Assembly: GCA_965211635.1 (NCBI GenBank)
Contig: OZ242948.1
Span: forward strand, 28,645 to 92,644
Reading direction: 5' to 3'
From: Dehalococcoidia bacterium
Lineage (GTDB): Bacteria > Chloroflexota > Dehalococcoidia > Bin125
DNA: 64,000 nt
Positions 38,706-50,162 of this stretch are shown here, in pieces (the first letter of the stretch is position 1; each line of letters opens with the position of its first letter). Made by a program: the position numbers and the translations under genes. The notes beneath the pieces were generated by a model that saw only the letters and a program-made list of their open reading frames with translations, was not told the DNA's origin and made no database searches.

Positions 38706-40793
38706 CTACCTTGACCTTGCCCGGATGGCTTCATAGAGACGCTGATCTTCCTCCTCGGTCAACGCGATGCGCGCATAGGGAGGAGGAATGGCTGTGGAGA
38801 GCGCGCCGCTGGTCTCGGCCCAGGCCCGGAGAATCTCGCCCCCCGCTTCGGCAGCCAGGTAACCGGCGGAGAACTCGAAGAAGACGGCGATCGCTATCTG
38901 CGGATCGTCGAACGGTGCGAAGGCGATGAACCAGCCGTGCGTCGGACCCTCCTCGGTTCCCGAGACTGCGGTGCCGGTCTGGTTGAACTCAGCGGTTCCG
39001 GTCTTTCCGCCGACCAGCATCTCGGGCATCACGACCAACGCATCGTGGCAGGTACCGGCGAGCGTGCAGAGCGCCATGCCTTCGCGGACGATTCGCAGGA
39101 TCTCAGGATCAACCTTGAGCTGGTTGCGCACGACCGGTTGCCAGGGTTGGACGACGCGCCCCTCGGTGTCGATTAGCTCCTTGACGACGCGTGGCTCGTA
39201 GACGGTGCCGCCATTCGCGATAGCCGCAGTTGCGACCGCCATCTGCAACGGAGTGACGGTGGTGAATCCCTGGCCGATCGCCATGTTGTAGGTGTCGCCA
39301 TCGCGCCACTCTTCCCCGAAGGCTTGGAGCTTTTGCTCCGCCGAGGTGATCAGGCCCGGCGTTTCGCCAACCAGATCGATTCCAGTGAGCGCATCGAATC
39401 CGACCTGGCGCGCCCAGTAGGCCAGCGCTTCATTGCCGGCCCCCTCGAACTTGATGTCGCCGGCGACAATGCCGTCTTCGGCCAGTTCATCGACTCGTTC
39501 CTGCTCGACCGGATGGCGCGGAGGATTCTCGGGATTTCGGTACGGATCACCGCCGGCCACGTAGTAGAAGTAGACGTTCGAAGACTCGGCCAGGGCGGTA
39601 CGGATGTTGTAGACGCCCTGCGTCGTGTCGCCGAAGCGGTAGATGATGCCGGGCGACAGTTCGTTGTGGACCTCGAGCACGCCGGGGGAGTAAATCCTGG
39701 TCTGGGGTGTGATTGCCTCCTCGGCCAGTCCGGCAACAGCGGTGACCACCTTGAAGATCGAGCCCGGCGGGAACTGGTCCTGGATTGCATGATTCTTGAG
39801 CGGTTGGCCTGGATCTTCCAGCAGCGCCTGGTACTCGAGGGTGGTGATGTCCTCGTACACATTCACGTCGTAGTTGGGTATCGAGACCATCGCGAGCACC
39901 TGGCCATTGTGAACGTCGAGGACAACGGCGGATGCAAACAGCGACGCGCCTTTGTGCTCGGTCAGGATGTCCTGGACTCGTTGCTGGAGCTCGATGTCGA
40001 TCGTCAGCACCACGCTGAGACCAGGCGAAGGCGGCTGGTTGTCTAGCGTGCGCAACACATTGCCAATCGCGTCCACCTCCACGATCTCGCGTCCGGCCGT
40101 GCCGCGTAACTGCCGTTCGTAGGCGGCCTCAATTCCAGCTCTCCCGATCTGGTCGCTGTAGAGGTAGCGCTGGGAGGAGAGGTCTTCATACTCCTGCTCA
40201 GTGATCTTGCCGACATAGCCGAGGATGTGACCGAGCAACTGGCCGTGTTCGTAGCGGCGGATCGAAGTTGTCACGACGCGCGTGCCAGGCAGGGTGGAAC
40301 GGCGCGAGGTGACGTCGATCACCTGCGCCGGCGTCGGTTCCTCGTAGATCAGCATTGGTAGGAAGGGGTCGTTGGAGTACTTTCGCTCCCAGATCTGCTG
40401 TTCGATGGACCAGGCTCGGAGTCCGAACATCTCGGCAAGTTCCTCCGACACGTTGGCAACCTCGTCGTCGGGAATCTCAGCGGCGACCAGTTGGATCTCG
40501 TAGGCTGGCGCGTTTTCGACCAGCAGGTTGCGGTCAGCGTCGTAGATCAACCCACGCGCCGGCGCAAGATTGACGGTGCGCACACGATTGCTTGCAGCTC
40601 GGGCCACGTACTCGTCGTGCTGCAGAATCTGTAGGCGAACGAGCTGAACCGTGAGGATGCCAAACAACAGCAAGATGAATCCGGCAAGGATCCAGACCTT
40701 GGCTCGCACTGGGAAGCCATCGCTGCGGTCGAGATGTTGGGCGTACTCGCGGGAGATGCCCTCGGATCGTCCCGGTCGTGGTCGGCGTTGCAC
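38706..40793 (-). CDS. mrdA: penicillin-binding protein 2 (elongasome transpeptidase)
   Basis: 695 aa. A TM anchor is followed by a PBP dimerisation domain and a transpeptidase domain with PGSIFK (SxxK) and KTGTAE motifs. The GTG start shares one nt with the mreD stop. Confidence 0.9.
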   Translation of the reverse strand: MQRRPRPGRSEGISREYAQHLDRSDGFPVRAKVWILAGFILLLFGILTVQLVRLQILQHDEYVARAASNRVRTVNLAPARGLIYDADRNLLVENAPAYEIQLVAAEIPDDEVANVSEELAEMFGLRAWSIEQQIWERKYSNDPFLPMLIYEEPTPAQVIDVTSRRSTLPGTRVVTTSIRRYEHGQLLGHILGYVGKITEQEYEDLSSQRYLYSDQIGRAGIEAAYERQLRGTAGREIVEVDAIGNVLRTLDNQPPSPGLSVVLTIDIELQQRVQDILTEHKGASLFASAVVLDVHNGQVLAMVSIPNYDVNVYEDITTLEYQALLEDPGQPLKNHAIQDQFPPGSIFKVVTAVAGLAEEAITPQTRIYSPGVLEVHNELSPGIIYRFGDTTQGVYNIRTALAESSNVYFYYVAGGDPYRNPENPPRHPVEQERVDELAEDGIVAGDIKFEGAGNEALAYWARQVGFDALTGIDLVGETPGLITSAEQKLQAFGEEWRDGDTYNMAIGQGFTTVTPLQMAVATAAIANGGTVYEPRVVKELIDTEGRVVQPWQPVVRNQLKVDPEILRIVREGMALCTLAGTCHDALVVMPEMLVGGKTGTAEFNQTGTAVSGTEEGPTHGWFIAFAPFDDPQIAIAVFFEFSAGYLAAEAGGEILRAWAETSGALSTAIPPPYARIALTEEEDQRLYEAIRARSR

Positions 40794-41338
40794 TAGAACC
40801 CGGCCATTCGCGAGGACGCGGCGATCGAGCTCGCGCCCGATGTGGGGATGCGCACAAACCAGAAGACGACGGCACCGAGCAACATGTTCCCGAGCAGGCC
40901 GCCCAACATGACGGTACGCAACGCCGCGAGCCAGTTGACGCCGGTCGTGGACAGCTCAACGGCTACGGCATGGGCGCCGAAGTGAAGGATGGAAGCGATC
41001 ACGATCAGCACGATAGTCGCGGCCCATTCCAAAGCGATGGGCGTGAATCGTCGCGACTCGCGCCAGTGACGCCAGGTCAGCGCGGCGACTCCGATAGGCG
41101 CGAGCGCAGCGACCGACTCGGCCATGCCCTGGAATGCGAGCAAGCCGAGGCCGATGCCGGCAAGTGGAATCATGACCAACGTTTCAATCGGCGGTCGCAC
41201 AGTTGCCCAGCAGCAGAGGACGATCAGTACGATCTGAGGCCCGGAGCCGAAGATCGAGAATGAGGGAGCAGCGGAAGTCTGGAAGACGACCAGGACGAAG
41301 AGTCCAGCCAGTAGCAACGGCCATCGCAGGAGGTTCAT
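40793..41338 (-). CDS. mreD: rod shape-determining protein MreD
   Basis: 181-aa polytopic membrane protein, positioned between mreC and mrdA. Confidence 0.75.
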   Translation of the reverse strand: MNLLRWPLLLAGLFVLVVFQTSAAPSFSIFGSGPQIVLIVLCCWATVRPPIETLVMIPLAGIGLGLLAFQGMAESVAALAPIGVAALTWRHWRESRRFTPIALEWAATIVLIVIASILHFGAHAVAVELSTTGVNWLAALRTVMLGGLLGNMLLGAVVFWFVRIPTSGASSIAASSRMAGF

Positions 41339-41341
41339 CGA

Positions 41342-42217
41342 CTAACCCCCTTCGGCTTCGATTGCTTCAGGCTCGGTGATGGTGAGATCGGGTGGAGGAA
41401 TCGAGAGCTGGACCAGGACCTGTTCAAGCTGGTCGAGCGGGGCGATCGGTTCAAGCACGACATGGCGAAAGGCGTCCTGGACCGTTCCTTCCGCTGCCGA
41501 GACGCGACCAACCGGCAATCCCTGTGGAAACTCGCCATCGAGCCCCGAGGTCACAAAGATGTGGCCGAGTTCGACTTCTGAAGTCCAGGGAATGCGGACT
41601 TCGAGGTTGCCCAGCGTGTCGCCGGTTGCGACCACCTCGCTGCGCGAGGGCTGGTGAAACACGCGGATCGCGCTGTCCGGGTCGGTGATCAAGCGAACGA
41701 ATGCGGTGTGCGGACGGACATCGATCACTTGACCGATCAATGTCCCGCCGGCGGCGAGAACCGGCAGGCCGACCCGCAAGCCGTCATTGGAGCCACGGTC
41801 AATGCCGATGACGGTGCGCAGACCGGTCAGGTCTCGGGTGGTTACGTATGCGGTCACGGTCGCAAACCCGGTTTCGGCCTGGACTTCGAGCAGCGCCTGC
41901 CTGGCGCGGACCTGTATCTGCAGTTCGCGCAACCTCGCGTTCTCCGCTTCAAGCTGTTCAATGCGCGAGCGCAGGGCGCGGTTTTCGGTGTTGAGCCGGC
42001 CGAAGTCGTCCAGGTCGTTGAGCAGGTTGGAGATCGGTTCGCCGGCCTGACGGAACGCGCGTTGGACGGGGTTGAGCGCGGTCGCAGCAGTGTCCTCAAC
42101 CGTTGCCGCCCAGCCGATCATCCCGAGCAAGGCGAGCAGGCTGATCAGCAGCGCGCTGGCCAGAATCCAGCGAGTGCGCGCGCCGAGGAGACGAACCAGT
42201 GCGCCGATCCAGGGCAT
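41342..42217 (-). CDS. mreC: rod shape-determining protein MreC
   Basis: 291 aa. A TM helix is followed by a coiled coil (ENRALRSRIEQLEAENARLRELQ) and a beta-barrel C-terminus (GLPVLAAGGTLIGQV; FPQGLPVGRV). Confidence 0.85.
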   Translation of the reverse strand: MPWIGALVRLLGARTRWILASALLISLLALLGMIGWAATVEDTAATALNPVQRAFRQAGEPISNLLNDLDDFGRLNTENRALRSRIEQLEAENARLRELQIQVRARQALLEVQAETGFATVTAYVTTRDLTGLRTVIGIDRGSNDGLRVGLPVLAAGGTLIGQVIDVRPHTAFVRLITDPDSAIRVFHQPSRSEVVATGDTLGNLEVRIPWTSEVELGHIFVTSGLDGEFPQGLPVGRVSAAEGTVQDAFRHVVLEPIAPLDQLEQVLVQLSIPPPDLTITEPEAIEAEGG

Positions 42218-42245
42218 GGCAACCCGCCAATCGAATGGACGACCG

Positions 42246-43304
42246 TCAGCGGCGACCGGCCAGCACCTGACCGTCGCCGGCGGCGAGGGCGCGCGTCTCG
42301 TTCAACGCCTCGGCACAGCCGCGGACCACACAGGTCAGGGGCGACTCGGCTTTGAACACGGGGAATCTTGTTTCCTGCGACATACGCCGGTCGAGCCCCG
42401 GCAGATGGGCGCCGCCTCCGGCCAGGGCCACCCCCTGTTGCATGATGTCGGGGATCAACTCCGGCGGGGTGATCTCCATCGTGCGGACGACGGCCTCCAG
42501 GATCGAGGAGACAGCAGTAGAGATGGCGTCACGCAGCTCGACCGTCGTGACGTTGACGATCTTGGGCATCGAAGTTGACAGGTCCCGACCGCTGATCGTG
42601 ACATCGCGCTCTTCCTGCAAGGGAAACGCCGAGGCGCCGGCGATCTTGATCTTCTCGGCCGATGCTTCGCCGATCTGGATGTTGTGGACCTGACGGGCAT
42701 AGGTGATGATCGCCTGATCGATCTCGTCGCCGGCGACGCGGGTTGAGGTGCTAACAACCATGCCGCCCATTGAGCAGACCGCAACCTCGGTCGTCCCTCC
42801 GCCGATGTCGACGACAATGCTGCCGGTCGACTCGAAGATTGGCAGGCCGGCGCCGATTGCCGCTGCCATCGGCTCCTCGATCAGGTGGACTTCACGCGCG
42901 CCGGCGGAGCGGGTCGCTTCGAAGATGGCGCGTTTCTCGACTTCGGTCGCGCCGCCGGGAATACCGACCATCACCCGCGGTCGACCGATGCCGATGCCGC
43001 TCGTCTGCAGCGCCTCGTGGATGAAGTGGTTCAGCATGCGCGCGGTGACATCGAAGTCGGAAATCACGCCGTCGCGCAGCGGTCTGATCGCAACGATATG
43101 AGCGGGGGTGCGCCCGACCATCGTTTTCGCCTGTTTGCCAATCGCAAGGACGGAATTGTCAATCTTGTTGATCGCGACGACGGACGGTTCGTTGACGACG
43201 ATGCCTCGACCTCGCACGTAGACGAGGGTGTTGGCGGTTCCCAGGTCAATGCCAACATCGGGCGAGAAACGTCGGGCCAACCAGCCGAACGGCGACCAAC
43301 GCAT
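42246..43304 (-). CDS. mreB: rod shape-determining protein MreB
   Basis: 352 aa. Contains GIDLGTANTLVYVRGRGIVVNEPSVVA, DIGGGTTEVAV and LAGGGAHLPGLD. Confidence 0.95.
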   Translation of the reverse strand: MRWSPFGWLARRFSPDVGIDLGTANTLVYVRGRGIVVNEPSVVAINKIDNSVLAIGKQAKTMVGRTPAHIVAIRPLRDGVISDFDVTARMLNHFIHEALQTSGIGIGRPRVMVGIPGGATEVEKRAIFEATRSAGAREVHLIEEPMAAAIGAGLPIFESTGSIVVDIGGGTTEVAVCSMGGMVVSTSTRVAGDEIDQAIITYARQVHNIQIGEASAEKIKIAGASAFPLQEERDVTISGRDLSTSMPKIVNVTTVELRDAISTAVSSILEAVVRTMEITPPELIPDIMQQGVALAGGGAHLPGLDRRMSQETRFPVFKAESPLTCVVRGCAEALNETRALAAGDGQVLAGRR

Positions 43305-43438
43305 CAGGACTCCTCTAACTCCCGCGGTGCCTGTGCGAACGATAGAGATCGTCCGTCAACGATACGCCCCAGCAGCGCTTCGCAATCGACATAGTCCAGC
43401 GTACTCGTTATCGCCGAATCGCCGGTACTAGTTGGACG

Positions 43439-46394
<2,956 letters not shown>

Positions 46395-46398
<4 letters not shown>

Positions 46399-47144
46399 CC
46401 GCCAACATGATCGACGTGTTGCCCGCGATCGACATTCGCGGCGGTCGCTGCGTGCGGCTGGTCCAGGGCGACTACGAGCGCGAGACGGTGTTCGACGACG
46501 ATCCGCTGTCTCCGGCCCAACGCTGGATCGATGAGGGCGCCGAGATGCTGCACGTGATCGATCTCGACGGCGCGCGCGAGGGCCGAGCCGCCAATGCGCA
46601 TCTAGTCGAGGCGATTGCCGCGCTGGGCAAGCCGTTGCAGGTCGGCGGCGGCATCCGAACGCTTGAGACGGTCCAGCGCTACCTCGATGCCGGCGTGGCG
46701 CGGGTGATCGTTGGCACCGCCGCAGTCACCGACCTCAGCTTTCTGCTCGAGGCGGTTGAGCGCTGTGGCGCGGCTCTCACCGTGTCGGTCGACGCGCGAG
46801 GTGGGCGAGTGGCGCTGAACGGCTGGACCGAAGAGTCGGAGTTGCCGGCGGTCGCGCTGATACCGCAGCTTGAGGATTTGGGCGTGAAACGATTCATCTA
46901 CACGGACATCGCCTCAGACGGCATGCTCGGCGGGCACGACGAGGCGGAGTTCTCGCGCGTCGCGGGTGTGGCTCGATCGCCTGTGATTGCGGCTGGCGGG
47001 ATTGCCCATCCCATGCAGATTCGCAGGTTGGCCGCCAATGGCGCGGCAGGCGTCGTGCTCGGTCGCGCGCTCTATGACGGCCGCCTGTCGCTGTCCGACG
47101 CGTTTCAGGCCGCTGCGGCGGGCATCAGGGAACGAACCTGCTAA
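46395..47144 (+). CDS. hisA: 1-(5-phosphoribosyl)-5-[(5-phosphoribosylamino)methylideneamino]imidazole-4-carboxamide isomerase
   Basis: 249 aa. Contains [36 protein letters not shown] and IAAGGI. Confidence 0.9.
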
Positions 47145-47159
47145 GCGCAAGTTGAACAG

Positions 47160-47945
47160 ATGCTGACCAAGCGAATCATCGCCTGCTTCGATGTCGACAA
47201 CGGCCGCGTGGTCAAGGGGGTGTCGTTCGTCGAGTTGCGCGACGCCGGTGATCCGGTCGAGCTGGCCGCGCTGTACGACCACGAGGGGATCGACGAGTTG
47301 GTCTTCCTCGACATCACCGCCTCGCACGAGGACCGCAACACCGTGGTCGAGATGGTCCGGCGCACCGCGGATCGAGTGTTCATTCCCTTCACCGTTGGCG
47401 GCGGGCTGCGCTCGGACGTGGACATGATGCTGATGCTGGAATCCGGCGCCGACAAGATCACGATCAACACGGCGGCGGTCGAGCGGCCCGAACTGATCTC
47501 GGAGGGCGCCTACCGCTTCGGCTCGCAATGCATCGTCGTCGCCATCGATGCGCGCACCGAGCCGGACGGCTCGATGCAGGTGTACACGCACGGAGGGAGG
47601 CGAGCGACCGGGATCGACGCTGTCGAGTGGGCGCGGGAAGTGGTCGAACGCGGCGCCGGCGAAATCATGCTGACCTCGATGAACACCGACGGGCACCAGG
47701 GCGGCTACGATATTCCGCTCACACGGGCGGTGTCGGACGCAGTCGGCGTGCCGGTGATTGCCTCGGGCGGGGCCGGCAACGCGCGGCATATGATTGACGC
47801 GATCACCGAGGGTCGTGCCGACGCCGTGCTGGCCGCGTCGATCTTTCACTTCGGCACTCACCCGATCATGGATGTCAAGCGGCAGATGCGCGCCGCCGGT
47901 ATCCCGATTCGAATGGAACACGCGGACTATGACGATGTCCTCTGA
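47160..47945 (+). CDS. hisF: imidazole glycerol phosphate synthase, cyclase subunit
   Basis: 261 aa. Contains [45 protein letters not shown] and VIASGGAG. Confidence 0.95.
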   Translation: MLTKRIIACFDVDNGRVVKGVSFVELRDAGDPVELAALYDHEGIDELVFLDITASHEDRNTVVEMVRRTADRVFIPFTVGGGLRSDVDMMLMLESGADKITINTAAVERPELISEGAYRFGSQCIVVAIDARTEPDGSMQVYTHGGRRATGIDAVEWAREVVERGAGEIMLTSMNTDGHQGGYDIPLTRAVSDAVGVPVIASGGAGNARHMIDAITEGRADAVLAASIFHFGTHPIMDVKRQMRAAGIPIRMEHADYDDVL

Positions 47946-48270
47946 ACTCACGCTTCCGCAACTGAAGTACGACGCCAACGGGCTGATCCCGGCGATCGTG
48001 CAGGACGACGAGACGAACGAGATCCTGATGCTCGGTTACATGAACGAGCGATCGCTTCAAATGACGCTGGAGAAGCGACTGGTCACGTTCTGGAGCCGCA
48101 GCCGGCAGGAGTACTGGACCAAGGGCGAGACCAGCGGCAATGTGCTCGAACTGGCCGGTATCCGCAAGGACTGCGACGTCGATGCCCTGCTGGTCCGCGC
48201 CGTGCCCCACGGCCCGACCTGCCACACGGGCAATCGCAGCTGCTTCTACCGCGACCTCGCCGAGGACTGA
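47929..48270 (+). CDS. hisI: phosphoribosyl-AMP cyclohydrolase
   Basis: [54 protein letters not shown]...[10 protein letters not shown]. The start is ATG 47929 or 47935 and overlaps the hisF end. Confidence 0.85.
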   Translation: MTMSSELTLPQLKYDANGLIPAIVQDDETNEILMLGYMNERSLQMTLEKRLVTFWSRSRQEYWTKGETSGNVLELAGIRKDCDVDALLVRAVPHGPTCHTGNRSCFYRDLAED

Positions 48271-48298
48271 TTCACGGTTGATGCGGCCGGCATAACAG

Positions 48299-48332
48299 AT
48301 ATGTTGACATCAACGAATATGTTGCGTAAGGT
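48299..48332 (+). promoter_or_regulatory. putative hicAB promoter with direct-repeat operator candidates
   Basis: AT-rich patch with TTGACA (48304), a 17-nt spacer and TAAGGT (48327). The -10 element ends 6 nt before the GTG start, which suggests a leaderless or very short leader. ATATGTTG is repeated at 48299 and 48317. Confidence 0.3.
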
Positions 48333-48338
48333 TGCAAT

Positions 48339-48528
48339 GTGAACTCCAAGGAGCTCCGCCGCTGGCTCAAGAAACGGGGTTGCACCTTCGACAACCACAA
48401 GGGCGGGAGCGGCCATGTCACCGTCCGGCGCGGTCGACGTACGAGTCAGTTGCCCATGCACGGCGCACGCAAGGAGCTGGGCACCCGGGCTCGTCGCGAA
48501 GATCAAGAAGGACCTGGAGCTGAAGTGA
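48339..48528 (+). pseudogene. hicA: type II toxin HicA, frameshifted near its 3' end
   Basis: (M)NSKELRRWLKKRGCTFDNHKGGSGHVTVRRGRRTSQLPMHGARKELG is HicA-like. After about 48480 the expected C-terminus PGLVAKIKKDLELK* (stop 48526-48528, TGATG overlap with hicB) lies in the +1 frame. The frame as sequenced reads through into hicB. Confidence 0.65.
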
Positions 48529-48995
48529 TGCTCGCCTACCCAATCGACCTGACCGACGACGACGGAACCTTGCTCGTGACCTCGCCCGATTTTCCTGAGC
48601 TGACCACGTTCGGAGAGGACCGCGAGGAGGCGCTCTCACGCGCCGTGGACGCGCTCGAGGAGGCTATCGCGGCTCGAATGCACAGCCGCCTGGACATTCC
48701 CTCGCCATCTCGGGGCGAGACCACCGCGACCTTGCCGACGCTGACTGCGGTCAAGCTGATGCTCTACCAGGGCATGCGCGACCGCAAGATCGGCAAGGCG
48801 GAACTGGCGCGGCGGCTGGGCTGGCACCTGCCCCAGGTCGACCGCGTGCTCAACGTGCAGCACTCATCCCGGCTTGAGCAGATGGACGCCGCATTGGGGG
48901 CCATCGGCATGCGGCTTGACGTGCGCGCCCGGGAGATGCCGCCGGTAATGGGGACGGCGGTCGCGGAGGACCCACCGGAGTTCACCGCCCCCTAG
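48528..48995 (+). CDS. hicB: type II antitoxin HicB with a C-terminal HTH
   Basis: MLAYPIDLTDDDGTLLVTSPDFPELTTFGEDREEALSRAVDALEEAI is a HicB RNase-H-like fold. An HTH-like segment KIGKAELARRLGWHLPQVDRVLN follows. Confidence 0.75.
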   Translation: MLAYPIDLTDDDGTLLVTSPDFPELTTFGEDREEALSRAVDALEEAIAARMHSRLDIPSPSRGETTATLPTLTAVKLMLYQGMRDRKIGKAELARRLGWHLPQVDRVLNVQHSSRLEQMDAALGAIGMRLDVRAREMPPVMGTAVAEDPPEFTAP

Positions 48996-49028
48996 CCGCC
49001 GGGTCTGCGACCGGGCCTGTGCTCCGCC

Positions 49029-49241
49029 TCAGTCCTCGTCCTCGCTGATGCCGTAGCGGCGGCGGAATCGTTCCACGCGGCCGGCGGTGTCGACGATGCG
49101 TTGCTCGCCGGTGAAGAATGGATGGCAGGTCGAGCAGATCTCGATGCGAATGTCTGCCTTGGTCGCTCGCGTTTGCCAGGAGCTGCCGCAGCCGCAGGTG
49201 ATCGTGGCGTCGACGTACTCAGGGTGAATCTCAGTCTTCAT
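49029..49241 (-). CDS. rpmE: 50S ribosomal protein L31
   Basis: [27 protein letters not shown]...[10 protein letters not shown], with the Zn-binding CxC...CxxC form. It has a 4-nt overlap with rpmA. Confidence 0.93.
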   Translation of the reverse strand: MKTEIHPEYVDATITCGCGSSWQTRATKADIRIEICSTCHPFFTGEQRIVDTAGRVERFRRRYGISEDED

Positions 49242-49528
49242 GCGCCCACCTCTTCGCCAATCTCCTCACGTGCGGCCGGAATCACCGAGACCTTCTTGCG
49301 CCGATTGCGAGCGTAGGGCGAGAACTTGACCGTGCCGTCGGCCAGCGCAAACAGCGTGTGGTCGCGACCGACGCCGACATTCTCGCCGGCGTGGATGCGG
49401 GTGCCCCGCTGGCGCACGATGATCCCGCCGGTGCGCACAACCTGGCCGTCGAACAGTTTCACGCCGAGTCGCTTGGAGTTGCTGTCGCGCCCGTTGCGGG
49501 ACGAGCCGACGCCCTTCTTGTGAGCCAT
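49238..49528 (-). CDS. rpmA: 50S ribosomal protein L27
   Basis: [49 protein letters not shown]. Confidence 0.95.
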   Translation of the reverse strand: MAHKKGVGSSRNGRDSNSKRLGVKLFDGQVVRTGGIIVRQRGTRIHAGENVGVGRDHTLFALADGTVKFSPYARNRRKKVSVIPAAREEIGEEVGA

Positions 49529-49537
49529 AGCGCTCTC

Positions 49538-50044
49538 CTAGTCCTCGGTTTCTTCATTGGCGTCATCGCCGGATTCCTCGACGACGGCCTCGGTCGCGTC
49601 GTCGGCGACGGTCGGCTCCTCGGCTGTTTCGTCGGTCGAGATCGTTTCCTCGACCGCTTCCGCTTCCGCCGCAACGAACTCTTGCACAACGGGAGCAGTC
49701 CAGGTCTGATCGCCAAGCGAGACCTCGTCAACCAGCACGGCCGTGTGCAGCTGTCGATGCCCGCGCAGGCGGCGGTAGCGGGTCTTGTTCTTGTACTTGA
49801 AGACGTGAATCTTGCGACCGCGCCCCTGCTCAACGATCTCGCCGGAGACGCTGGCCGACTCTACTGTCGGCGTGCCGACCGCGACCGCACCGCCGCCGCT
49901 GACAAGCAGGACGTCGCTGAATGTGATCCGGTCGCCGGCCGAGCCGTCGAGCCGCTCAATCTTGAGCCGCTGCCCCGGCGAGACACGGTACTGTTTGCCG
50001 CCGCTGCGAATCACGGCGTATACATCGGACGGTTCAGTGCTCAT
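49538..50044 (-). CDS. rplU: 50S ribosomal protein L21 with a ~65-aa acidic C-terminal extension
   Basis: YAVIRSGGKQYRVSPGQRLKIERL...KIHVFKYKNKTRYRRLRGHRQ is the L21 core. The tail is rich in E, T, A and D. Confidence 0.9.
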   Translation of the reverse strand: MSTEPSDVYAVIRSGGKQYRVSPGQRLKIERLDGSAGDRITFSDVLLVSGGGAVAVGTPTVESASVSGEIVEQGRGRKIHVFKYKNKTRYRRLRGHRQLHTAVLVDEVSLGDQTWTAPVVQEFVAAEAEAVEETISTDETAEEPTVADDATEAVVEESGDDANEETED

Positions 50045-50162
50045 AGCGTTCTCGCATCGACCTGAGGAGCGGGTCGGTTGATGGTCCCTGGGTTAATCAG
50101 CCTAATCAGCGCGGCAATGCCGTCAAGCGACTGGCGAACAGAGCGCACTCTATCAGTGGCGG

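Noticed and set aside
48339-48995. Treating the 218-aa ORF as an ordinary single protein.
   Set aside because: It is a HicA N-terminus joined to a complete HicB. The missing HicA C-terminus and a TGATG stop/start junction are present in the +1 frame, so a frameshift is the better description. This is reported as a finding.
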